From: Coriobacteriaceae bacterium
GTDB taxonomy: Bacteria; Actinomycetota; Coriobacteriia; Coriobacteriales; UMGS124
Assembly: GCA_019421015.1 (NCBI GenBank)
Contig: JAHZGC010000024.1
Span: 862-64,861 of the forward strand
Direction of reading: 5' to 3'
DNA length: 64,000 nucleotides
Under the pieces are notes generated by a model, which did no database searches, was not told the DNA's origin, and saw only the letters and a program-made list of their open reading frames with translations. Below are positions 11,405 to 19,530 of this stretch, piece after piece; within the stretch, counting starts at the first letter, position 1, and each line of letters starts with the position of its first letter. Made by a program: the position numbers and the translations under genes.

Positions 11405-11548
11405 AGGCTGGAGGCCGTGCGGGGTGCGGGCGACCCTGGGTGGCATGGGGCGAGCGGGCGGCCCGGGCGGGGCTGGACGACGCGTGCGGCGGGCGAGGCG
11501 GGATCGGGTTGGGTGACACGGGATGCGGGCGGGGTGGAGGCTGCCTTG

Positions 11549-11730
11549 TTAATCAATATAGAAAGATAAATTTTGAAAACGATGACTTTTGCATGACGTA
11601 TTGCAGGCTTTGATTCCACCGTTATGAAGAGGGACAAAGAAATACCTGGATTGGTGTGAATTGTTGTAATGTATATATAATTGGGGCAATCACAGTCATG
11701 CATTTGTCTGAGTTTTTACGATTGATGTTT
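11549..11730 (+). repeat. AT-rich TIR element, copy A (family of 3 full copies)
   Basis: It shares three conserved blocks with copies B and C. The blocks are AAATYTYGAAAAYGATGRCTTWTGCATG, AAAGAAAYRCCTGGAWYGGTGTGAATKGTTGYAA and TCATGCATTTGYC..AG.TTTTAY.ATTGAT. Blocks 1 and 3 are inverted repeats of each other. AT content is far above the flanking DNA. Confidence 0.85.
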
Positions 11731-11738
11731 TCTGCCCT

Positions 11739-11806
11739 CGTGTCTCGACTTCCCTGCCCCCGGCGTCTCGACTTCCCTGCCCCGGCGTCTCGACTTCTCC
11801 GTCCCC
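11739..11806 (+). repeat. Tandem direct repeat, 3 x 22-23 nt (consensus GGCGTCTCGACTTCCCTGCCCC)
   Basis: The units are 11739-11760, 11761-11783 and 11784-11806, read directly from the sequence. The third unit is slightly diverged (TTCTCCGTCCCC). Confidence 0.9.
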
Positions 11807-11868
11807 GCATGTCAGCCTCTTGACCCCGCGGCCCGGTTTGCGCATTTGCTGTCGATTGCGGGCCGCAG

Positions 11869-11896
11869 GCGACCATGCGGCGAGGGCGGGTATACT
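11869..11896 (+). promoter_or_regulatory. Candidate selC promoter (-35-like GCGACC, 16-nt spacer, -10 TATACT)
   Basis: TATACT at 11891-11896 lies 12 nt upstream of the mature tRNA 5' end. The -35 element is weak. Confidence 0.3.
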
Positions 11897-11908
11897 GGGC
11901 TCTAACCC

Positions 11909-12005
11909 GGAGGCGGATGGGTCCTGGTGGGCCCCGCGGTCTTCAAAACCGTTGCGAGGCGTGCAGAGCGTCTTGGATGTGTTCGATTCGCATACGCCTC
12001 CGCCA
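11909..12005 (+). tRNA. selC: tRNA-Sec (anticodon UCA)
   Basis: It was folded by hand from 97 nt. The acceptor is GGAGGCG(G)/(A)CGCCTCC plus G-CCA. The D-stem has 6 bp (GGGTCC/GGGCCC) with a 4-nt loop TGGT. The anticodon loop is CTTCAAA, with TCA at 11943-11945. There is a long variable arm (AGGCG-TGCAGAG-CGTCT). The T-arm is ATGTG-TTCGATT-CGCAT. Confidence 0.93.
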
Positions 12006-12019
12006 GGAAGTTTGCGATG

Positions 12020-12066
12020 AGCCGCCGTTCCCCGCGTTGCGTGGGGGCGGCGGCTTTCGTTTTGGG
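12020..12066 (+). terminator. Intrinsic terminator after selC
   Basis: GCCGCCG (12021-12027) pairs with CGGCGGC (12048-12054), with inner CCCC/GGGG pairing. It is followed by TTTCGTTTTGGG. Confidence 0.6.
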
Positions 12067-12110
12067 AGACGGGCGGTTCCCGCATATGTCTCCAGAGAGG
12101 GGAGGGCCCT

Positions 12111-14213
12111 ATGGAGCGCGGTATTGTCACCGTGTGCGGCGGATGCGATTCCGAGTGCGCCTTCGAGGCTTACGTCGACTCCGAGGGCTTCGTGCGCGCC
12201 TCGCTGCCGGTGTCGGGCCATCCCTGCTGCGCCGAGCGCCTCTGCGGCCGCGGCAAGCGTCGGCTCGCCCTGCCCCACCTGCAGCGCGACCGCATCGAGC
12301 ACCCCTTGCGCCGCACCGCGTCGGGCGCTTTCGAGCCCATTTCGTGGGAGACGGCCTACGCCGAGATCGCCGAGCGCGTTTGCACCCTCGCCGACGCTCA
12401 CGGGCCTTCTTCGTTGGCCTGCACGCTGGGCATCACGAGCCATGCCGCCTTCTATGTGGAGCGCCTCATGGCCGCGCTGGGCTCGCCCAACGTCTACGGG
12501 GCCAACGGCGCCTGCGAGGTGAGCCGCTGCACCGGTTGGAACCATACTTTGGGCTATAGCCCCCAGTCCGACCTCGCCCACACCGACTATATCGTCTACC
12601 TGGGCCGCTCACCGCTCGACTCCGCCAGTGTGAACGAGGGGGAGTTAGTGGAGCGGGCCCTGGCCCGTGGCGCCACTGTGGTCTGCGTCGACCCGCGCCG
12701 CAACTCCACGGTCGACGTGGCCAGCCGCTGGCTCAAGATTCGCCCCGGGCGCGACCTGGCCCTTCTGCTCGGCCTGGCCCACGTGCTCATAGAGGAGGGC
12801 CTCTACGACCGGGACTTTGTGGAGCGGCACACGACGGGGTTCGCGGAGTTCGCCCAGGCCATGGCTCCCTACACGGCCGCCTGGGCCGCCCGGGAGTGCG
12901 GTGTTGCCGAGGCCGACGTGCTCGAGGTGGCCCGCGGCCTGGGGCGTGCCCGGCCCCGCGCGGTGGTGGACGCGGGCTTTCACGGCGGCCTGGGCGTGGC
13001 CTATGTGAACGGAGCCCAGACCTCGCGCGTGCTCGCCCTGGTGAACGCCCTGCTGGGCAACTTTGGCCAGGAGGGGGGCAACCTCAACCCCCGGGGCGCC
13101 TGCGAGCTGGGGCGGCTTGACCCGGTGCGCTTCCCTGCGCCGCCGCCGGTCCTTCTCCCCAAGGTGGGCTCGGAGCGCTACCCGCTGGTCGACCCCGAGC
13201 AGGGGCTGTGCACCACCATCGGCGAGTCCATAGCCGCCGGTCAGATCAGGGGGCTTCTTGCCTACGCCTCGAACCCTGCCATGGGCTACGGCAACGGGCA
13301 CGACTGGGCGCGCCTGTTGGGCGGCCTCGACCTGCTCGTGGCCGTTGACATCCGCATGAGCGAGACGGCCCGGCTGGCCCACTACGTGCTGCCCGACGTG
13401 ACCTTTCTCGAGAGCGACCGCGGCGTGGGCCTGCGCGACGGCGTGCTCTACTACCGCAACCCCGTGCTGCGGCCGCTCTACCCCGACGCACGGCCGGCAT
13501 CGCGCATCGTGCGGGAGCTGGCCGAGGCGCTGGGGCTGGGGCGGTACTTCTCGTTCACGCCCGACGACCTGGCCCGGGCCCAGGTGGCGCCCTTTGGGGT
13601 CGACCTGGAGGAGCTGCGCCGCGTGGGCTGGGCGCCGGCGAACGTGGAGGTGCTCGCGCGGGTGGGGGAGCCTGTGATCCTCACGCCCTCGGGCAAGGTG
13701 GAGTTCGCGAGCGACCTGTGGGAGCGCTCCGGTCTGGGCCGCGTGCCGTTCTGGCAGCCGCCGCTCGTGGACCCGCAACCGGGGGAGTTCAGGCTCATCA
13801 ACGGCAACAGCCCCTTCGAGTCGCACACCTCCACGGCCATGCTGGCCCCGCGTCCCGGCGATCCGGCCCACGAGAGCATGGCGAGCGTGTGGCTCCATGC
13901 CGACCGCGCCCGTGAGCTGGGCGTCTGCGACGGCGACATGGTGGAGGTCTACTCCGACCTCGGGTGCGACCGCGCCATAGCCCGTGTGACCCACGACCTG
14001 CATCCCGAGGCCCTCTACACCTCGGCGAGCCCGGGGGGCCGCTCGGGCAAGAACGCCGGTGCGCGCGAGGCCCCCCAGGGGGCGCTCGGGGTGGGGCCGC
14101 TCGACCACACGCCGCTGCGCTTCGACCCGCTCACCGGCAGCGCGCTGACCCAAGAGAACGCCGTGCGCGTGCGCCGGGTGGGGCCGCAGGGGGGAGACGC
14201 CCCTGCGCAGTAG
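12111..14213 (+). CDS. Stand-alone cytoplasmic molybdopterin (bis-PGD) oxidoreductase, PsrA/PhsA/acetylene-hydratase-like branch, no signal peptide, no partner subunits
   Basis: The N-terminal FS0 motif is VCGGCDSEC...GHPCCAERLCGRG. Family-typical segments are VCVDPRRNSTVDVASRWLKIRPGRDLALLLGLAHVLIEEGLYDRDFV and a C-terminal barrel (HADRARELGVCDGDMVEVYSD). SD GGGGAGGG precedes ATG 12111. Confidence 0.85.
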   Translation: MERGIVTVCGGCDSECAFEAYVDSEGFVRASLPVSGHPCCAERLCGRGKRRLALPHLQRDRIEHPLRRTASGAFEPISWETAYAEIAERVCTLADAHGPSSLACTLGITSHAAFYVERLMAALGSPNVYGANGACEVSRCTGWNHTLGYSPQSDLAHTDYIVYLGRSPLDSASVNEGELVERALARGATVVCVDPRRNSTVDVASRWLKIRPGRDLALLLGLAHVLIEEGLYDRDFVERHTTGFAEFAQAMAPYTAAWAARECGVAEADVLEVARGLGRARPRAVVDAGFHGGLGVAYVNGAQTSRVLALVNALLGNFGQEGGNLNPRGACELGRLDPVRFPAPPPVLLPKVGSERYPLVDPEQGLCTTIGESIAAGQIRGLLAYASNPAMGYGNGHDWARLLGGLDLLVAVDIRMSETARLAHYVLPDVTFLESDRGVGLRDGVLYYRNPVLRPLYPDARPASRIVRELAEALGLGRYFSFTPDDLARAQVAPFGVDLEELRRVGWAPANVEVLARVGEPVILTPSGKVEFASDLWERSGLGRVPFWQPPLVDPQPGEFRLINGNSPFESHTSTAMLAPRPGDPAHESMASVWLHADRARELGVCDGDMVEVYSDLGCDRAIARVTHDLHPEALYTSASPGGRSGKNAGAREAPQGALGVGPLDHTPLRFDPLTGSALTQENAVRVRRVGPQGGDAPAQ

Positions 14214-14459
14214 CGAGGCCGGCCGGCTCAAGGCGGAGAAGACCCCCGGTCCGACCTGCCTCCCGAGTGTGGTTCTTGGTGCAGCAGTCTATGGGCTGCC
14301 CTAGGGCCTTGGGAATCTCATGAATTCCCTATAATAGCGCTCGGTATCGTCTCATAGGCCCCCTCATTTGCAAAGCTATCCTGTATACTGCCTCCTTGAA
14401 TCGGGGAGCGGCGCGTCCGTTGCGCCGCTGGGACCCCGTCGTCCGACCTAAGGAGGTCG

Positions 14460-15782
14460 TTGGCTTTTATGCCAGTTCCGCTAAGTCTGCTGCTCGTTGT
14501 GTTCTTCTTGCTCATGAACGCGTTCTTTGTGGTGGCCGAGTTCTCGCTCGTGCGCGTGCGCCGCAGCCAGATCGACATGCTGGCCGCCGAGGGCAAGCCC
14601 GGCGCTAAGAACGCGAGCCTCATCGCCCACGACGTGAACGCCTACCTCTCGGCGTGTCAGCTGGGCATCACCTTGGCCTCCCTGGCCCTGGGCTGGCTGG
14701 GCGAGCCGGCCGTCTCGGCGCTGTTCCACCCCCTGTTCGACCTGCTGGGCCTCTCGCCTTCGGTGGCCTCGGCCGTCTCGGTGGCCATCGGCTTCGTGAT
14801 CATCACGGCCCTCCACATCGTGGTGGGCGAGCTCATCCCCAAGTCCCTTGCGATCTTCTCCACCGAGAAGTACGCCCTGTTCTCGGCTACCCCGCTGGTG
14901 TGGTTCTACAGGCTCACCTATCCCATCATGTGGCTGTTCAACTCCATCACCAACGGCGTGATGCGCATGCTCGGCCACGACCCGGCCGACGAGCACCAGG
15001 TCTACACCGAAGACGAGCTGCGCCTGCTCATCGACGAGAGCACCGAGAGCGGCCTCATCGACTCCGAGCAAAACGAGTTCGTGGACAACATCTTTGACAT
15101 CTCCGACCGCGACGTGTCGGCCGTCATGACCCCGCGCCCCGACATGGTGTGCCTCATGCTCGACGACACGCTGGAGGAGAACCTCGCCGTGGTGGACGAG
15201 CACAAGTTCACGCGTTACCCCGTGTGCCGCGAGGACAAAGACGACATCGTGGGCTTCGTCCACATCAAGGACATCTACGACCTGCCCGACGACGCCACCA
15301 TGGCCGACGTGCGCATCCGCCCCATCGTGGCGGTGCCCGAGGGCATGACCGTGGCCAAGCTGCTGCGCACCCTGCGCGAGGGCCGCACCAAGATCGCCCT
15401 CGCGGTGGACGAGCACGGCGGCACCTCGGGCCTGGTGACCATGGGCGACGTCATCGCCGAGATCATCGGCGACTTCGACGACGAGTACCAGCACGGACCG
15501 AGCGACGAGCTGGTGGAGCTGGGCCACGGCCATTGCATGGCGCCGGGCTCCTACGACATCGACGACTTTGCCGAGCTCTTCGGCTTCGATGGCGACGGCT
15601 TTCCGGAGTACGACACCGTGGGCGGCCTGGTGCTCGACCTCATGGGGCACATCCCGGCGGTGGGCGACGAGGCGGTCTACGAGGAGGGCGGCAAGCGCGT
15701 GCGCATGGCCGTGCGCGCGATGGACGGCAACCGCGTGGCCCAGGTGGAGCTCTGGTCCCTGGAGGAGCTGCCCGCGGAGTAG
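14460..15782 (+). CDS. CNNM/CorC-HlyC family transporter (DUF21 membrane domain, CBS pair, CorC_HlyC C-terminal domain)
   Basis: The N-terminus LLLVVFFLLMNAFFVVAEFSLVRVRRSQIDML is typical of DUF21. A CBS region is present (VMTPRPDMVCL...FTRYPVC...IVGFVHIKD). The track start is TTG 14460, 3 nt after AGGAGG. ATG 14469 is an alternative start. Confidence 0.85.
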   Translation: MAFMPVPLSLLLVVFFLLMNAFFVVAEFSLVRVRRSQIDMLAAEGKPGAKNASLIAHDVNAYLSACQLGITLASLALGWLGEPAVSALFHPLFDLLGLSPSVASAVSVAIGFVIITALHIVVGELIPKSLAIFSTEKYALFSATPLVWFYRLTYPIMWLFNSITNGVMRMLGHDPADEHQVYTEDELRLLIDESTESGLIDSEQNEFVDNIFDISDRDVSAVMTPRPDMVCLMLDDTLEENLAVVDEHKFTRYPVCREDKDDIVGFVHIKDIYDLPDDATMADVRIRPIVAVPEGMTVAKLLRTLREGRTKIALAVDEHGGTSGLVTMGDVIAEIIGDFDDEYQHGPSDELVELGHGHCMAPGSYDIDDFAELFGFDGDGFPEYDTVGGLVLDLMGHIPAVGDEAVYEEGGKRVRMAVRAMDGNRVAQVELWSLEELPAE

Positions 15783-15926
15783 GGCGGCCGGGTTTGACCG
15801 GCTTGCCAAACCTGCCGTCCGCAGATGCGCACGCTTTGGCAACAACCCGGGCCCGGTTGCATATTAGACTGTGGGTTTCGAATCGTACCCGGCCGCAAGG
15901 CCGCAAGGCCCGAAAGGCGATGGACC

Positions 15927-16814
15927 ATGAGCCAGCAACCCGCAGGTGTTTCCAGTCCAAATTCGGCCGCCCCCGTGCAGCTGCCGTCGGCCGAGGCGCT
16001 GGCGCCGGCCCAGATCGAGGCCAAGGCCGAGGCGCTGGCCGAGGGTAAGGTCAAGCTGCCCGAGGCCAAGTGTTTCGTGCTGGCCATGTTCGCCGGTGCG
16101 TTCATCGCCTTTGGCGCGTCGTTCTTTGGGTTGTGTCTGGGCGACCCCTCGCTGCCCTTCGCGGCGCAGCGCATCTTGGGCGGCGTGTGCTTCTGCCTGG
16201 GCCTGGAGCTGGTGCTGTGCTGCGGCGGCGAGCTGTTCACCGGCAACTCGCTCATGATCTGCGCGGCCAAGAGCGGGCGCGTCAGCTGGACCGACATGGC
16301 CAAGAACTGGCTTTTGGTGTGGGTCGGCAACTTTGCGGGGTCGCTGCTCGTGGTCATCATCATGTATCTGAGCGGCCTGCAGAACATGAACGGCGGCGCG
16401 GTGGGCGACGCCTTTGTGAGCATAGCGGCGGGCAAGGCGTCGCTCGACTGGTTCACCCTCACGTTCAAGGCGATCCTGTGCAACGTGTTCGTGTGCCTGG
16501 CGGTGTGGATCGGGTTTGGGTCCAAGACCGTGGCCGACAAGGTGGTGGGCATCATCTTGCCTATCTCGGCGTTCGTGGCCATGGGCTTTGAGCACTGCGT
16601 GGCCAACATGTTCTTTTTGACCATGGGCCTGGGCTGCCGCGTGGCCGGCTTTGGCGCGGCCGTGGCGAACGTCGACGCGCTCACGCTGGGCGGCATCTGC
16701 TACAACCTGTTCTTTGCCACCGTGGGCAACGTCATAGGCGGCGCGCTGTTGGTGGGCCTGGGGTACTGGTACTGCTACCACAAGGACCCGGCGCAGGAGA
16801 AGCCCGCGGCGTAA
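15927..16814 (+). CDS. focA: Formate/nitrite transporter (FNT) family channel
   Basis: FNT signatures are GGELFTGNSLM and GFEHCVANMFF, with six hydrophobic segments. The start was moved to internal ATG 15927 (MSQQPAG...). The upstream 34 codons of track ORF 15825 look non-coding. Confidence 0.85.
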   Translation: MSQQPAGVSSPNSAAPVQLPSAEALAPAQIEAKAEALAEGKVKLPEAKCFVLAMFAGAFIAFGASFFGLCLGDPSLPFAAQRILGGVCFCLGLELVLCCGGELFTGNSLMICAAKSGRVSWTDMAKNWLLVWVGNFAGSLLVVIIMYLSGLQNMNGGAVGDAFVSIAAGKASLDWFTLTFKAILCNVFVCLAVWIGFGSKTVADKVVGIILPISAFVAMGFEHCVANMFFLTMGLGCRVAGFGAAVANVDALTLGGICYNLFFATVGNVIGGALLVGLGYWYCYHKDPAQEKPAA

Positions 16815-16886
16815 GGGGCGGGGCGGAAGTGAGGTGAGGGTCCCGCTGCCTAAAGGGGGAGGCGGACCGCCCCGCAGCCCCTTCGA

Positions 16887-16943
16887 TCAGCGCCCCGCCC
16901 CGGCCTCGACCAGGTCGATGAGCTCCTGCTGGCTGTGCACGCC
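16887..16943 (-). pseudogene. Fossil 3' end (last ~18 codons) of a LuxR-type regulator gene
   Basis: The minus-strand translation is GVHSQQELIDLVEAGAGR-stop. This matches the C-terminal tails of the intact LuxR paralogs in this window (e.g. LDVHSHQELIDVVEGRE-stop at 38697). No HTH or membrane domain precedes it. Confidence 0.6.
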
Positions 16944-18464
16944 GACGACGAGTGCTCCGAGGTCGTGGACGTCGACGTGCTCGTGGTGGGTGCCGGCTGC
17001 TCGGGCCTGCCCGCTGCCGTGACCACCGCCGAGGAAGGTGCCAAGGTCATGCTCGTGGACCGCATGGAGCAGGGCTTCGGCATCCGCTGCAGCGCCCTGG
17101 GCGCCATCGACTCCTCGATCCAGCAGGAGCTGGGCGTGACCATCGACAAGATGGACATCCTGAACGACATCGCCCGCTACGCCGACGGCCAGTGCGACAT
17201 GCGCATCTGGAAGATGTGGGCCGACGAGTCGGGTGACGCCGTGAGCTGGTACATCGACCACTGCAACCAGAGCGGCGCGGTCTACGTCGAGAACGAGTAC
17301 AACATGCCCGAGGGCACGCGCTACCGCTGCTGGCCCACCGGCCACGCCTCCCTGGGCGTCGAGATGAAGTGGGCCGCCGAGCACGCCATGCTCGACTACT
17401 TCATCAACTACCTCGAGGGCTTCGACGGCTGCGAGCACCGCGGCACCACGAAGCTCGACGAGCTCATCGTGGGGGACGGCAAGGTCGTGGGCGCCTACCT
17501 CGCCACCGGCGAGGACTTTGACGACGTGATCCGCGTGAACGCCGCCAAGGGCGTCGTGGTGGCCACCGGCGGCTACGTGCTCAACGGCGACATGATGCAG
17601 GCCCTGCAGCCCGAGACCTTCAAGAGCCTCGCGAGCTTCTTTACCCAGAGCCAGGTCTACGGCGAGGGCATCAAGGCCTGCATGAACGCGGGGGCCAAGT
17701 TCGAGGAGACCCACACCGCGCTGGTCTTTGACCGCGGCGCCGTGCACGCCGACGTGGAGCTGGGCAACCCCTTCTCGGGCAACGCCGGCCAGAACTGCCT
17801 GCAGTCCCAGCCGTTCCTCAAGGTGAACCAGTACGGCGAGCGCTTCTGCAACGAGTCGAGCCCCTACGACTACGTGTTCCACGCAGCCTCTAAGTTCCCG
17901 AACCGTGCCTGGTACCCCATCTGGGACGCCAACTTCCTCGAGGATGTGGACCGCTTCCACACCGTGGGCTGCTCCACCCAGCTCATCCGCGAGGGCGGCG
18001 ACCACCTCATGGGCAACGAGCCCGAGGCCGTGGTGGGCTCTGCCGAGGCCGCTGTGGAGGAGGGCACCTGCATCAAGGCCGACACCATCGAGGAGCTGGC
18101 CGAGGGCCTGGGGCTGCCCGCCGAGACGCTGGTGGCCACCGTCGAGCGCTACAACGAGCTTGTCGACGCTGGCTACGACGAGGACTTCGGCAAGGACGCC
18201 TTCCGCCTGTCGGCCATCAAGGAGCCCCCGTTCTACGGTCTCAAGCTCGGCGGCACCTGCCTGTGCACCTTCGACGGCATCGAGATCACGCCCGACTGCG
18301 AGGCCCGCGGCGTGAACGGCGAGGTCATCGAGGGCCTCTACGTCATCGGCAACGACGCCGGCAACAAGTACAACAAGACCTACCCCAACTTTGCCGCCGG
18401 CCTGAACGCGGGCCTGTGCGTCACGATGGGCCGCCACGTGGGCAAGCTGCTGGCTGCGAAGTAA
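16935..18464 (+). CDS. FAD-dependent fumarate-reductase/urocanate-reductase-like flavoprotein paralog lacking the Tat signal; probably 5'-truncated (possible pseudogene)
   Basis: The FAD fold is VDVLVVGAGCSGLPAAVTTAEEGAKVMLVDR, with GVVVATGGY and C-terminal NAGLCVTMGRHVGKLLAAK like the paralogs. Its only start is GTG 16935 with no SD. It is about 60-90 aa shorter at the N-terminus than the five Tat-signal paralogs. Its first codons overlap the antisense LuxR remnant. Confidence 0.6.
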   Translation: MHADDECSEVVDVDVLVVGAGCSGLPAAVTTAEEGAKVMLVDRMEQGFGIRCSALGAIDSSIQQELGVTIDKMDILNDIARYADGQCDMRIWKMWADESGDAVSWYIDHCNQSGAVYVENEYNMPEGTRYRCWPTGHASLGVEMKWAAEHAMLDYFINYLEGFDGCEHRGTTKLDELIVGDGKVVGAYLATGEDFDDVIRVNAAKGVVVATGGYVLNGDMMQALQPETFKSLASFFTQSQVYGEGIKACMNAGAKFEETHTALVFDRGAVHADVELGNPFSGNAGQNCLQSQPFLKVNQYGERFCNESSPYDYVFHAASKFPNRAWYPIWDANFLEDVDRFHTVGCSTQLIREGGDHLMGNEPEAVVGSAEAAVEEGTCIKADTIEELAEGLGLPAETLVATVERYNELVDAGYDEDFGKDAFRLSAIKEPPFYGLKLGGTCLCTFDGIEITPDCEARGVNGEVIEGLYVIGNDAGNKYNKTYPNFAAGLNAGLCVTMGRHVGKLLAAK

Positions 18465-19498
18465 ATCTTTCGGCGTATTTCGGCTACGTGTTCCAGGCTA
18501 TGAACGAGACTAAGCTTTTTTCCTTCATGGCGATCCTAGAGCGCTTGGCCTTTCTGATTCCGCTGATAGTAATGGTCGTGCTGAGGGTCGGGTCTTTCGA
18601 ACCGTTCGTCATGGCCTATCTTTTGGCTAGGGCTTGCGCCTTGATTTACTCGCTTTGGAAAGCTCGAGACTTCCTTGCTGCGGGTAGCCTTTCGATGACG
18701 GAGTCGATTAAGGCGGCTGTTGCCAGCATCAAAGTCGGATTTAGCCTCATGGCGGCCAATATCGCGAGTATGCTTATCCTTGGAATCGCTAGGGCCATGG
18801 TCGATACAGCTTGGGGCATCGAGGTCTTCGGGCAGGTGTCCTTCTCGCTCTCAATAGTCAACTTTTTTATCACCTTCATGGCCCAGACCTCCATGGTCTT
18901 GTTCCCGGCCTTGCGTCAGGGAACAGAGGCAGAGCGAAAATCATTTTATCGGGGGATACGCGACATGATGGAGATTGTCTTCCCACTCGTCTATCTACTT
19001 TATTTCCCGATAGCATGGGTCTTGTCGCTCTGGCTGCCTCAGTATGCCGATAGCATGGGATATTTCGCCTTGCTGCTGCCCGTCTGCGTCTTCGATGCGA
19101 AGATGGATGTCTGTTGCACGACCTACTTCAAAGTTTTGCGAGAGGAGAGGATGCTACTTAAGGCCAACGTCGTGACCCTTGCTGCAAGCGCCGTTCTCTC
19201 GGCGGTAGGCGTTTTTCTGCTAGACTCGTTGGAAGCGGTTCTCATAGGTGCGGTCTCCGCCATCATAGGTCGCTCCCTCTGGTCGGAGCACCGCCTCAAC
19301 AAGCTTATGGGGGTCAGAGGTTCAGCGGTCCCCGTCGAGGAGGTTCTGCTTACTATTGCTTTCGTTGCCTTGGTATTGAATGCGCCAGCCTGGATTGCGG
19401 TTATGGCTTATATCGCTCTCTACGCAGCCTACCTTTTCGTTAACCGTCAGACTACGCGTGCTCTGTCCCGCTCGATCATGCGGGCGTTTGGGCATTAA
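18465..19498 (+). pseudogene. 5'-truncated polysaccharide flippase (Wzx/MOP-type), C-terminal ~340 aa only
   Basis: The polytopic sequence (LFSFMAILERLAFLIPLIVMVVL..., FPALRQG, multiple TM segments) begins immediately after the flavoprotein stop codon, with no start or SD. GC content drops sharply at 18465. Confidence 0.6.
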
Positions 19499-19530
19499 GT
19501 GCAGATTTATCAAGGAAGTGAATTAATCGA

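Noticed and set aside
11191-11703. Minus-strand ORFs 11191..11703 and 25596..26294 begin with similar peptides (MHD...TIHTNPG(I/V)S...HAK.IVF(K/E)I..SILI). This suggested a small conserved protein encoded in the AT-rich repeat.
   Set aside because: The third copy (30975-31157) has an early stop (ATG CAT GGT ATA AAT TCC CAC ATT TGA), and indels break the frame between copies. The similarity is at nucleotide level, with inverted-repeat symmetry, which points to a non-coding element.
18263-18464. The upstream part of track ORF 18263..19498 would extend the flippase-like ORF by about 70 codons.
   Set aside because: That part overlaps the 3' end of the flavoprotein gene in another frame and has Arg/Gly/Pro-rich shadow-ORF composition. 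The flippase homology starts only after the GC drop at 18465.
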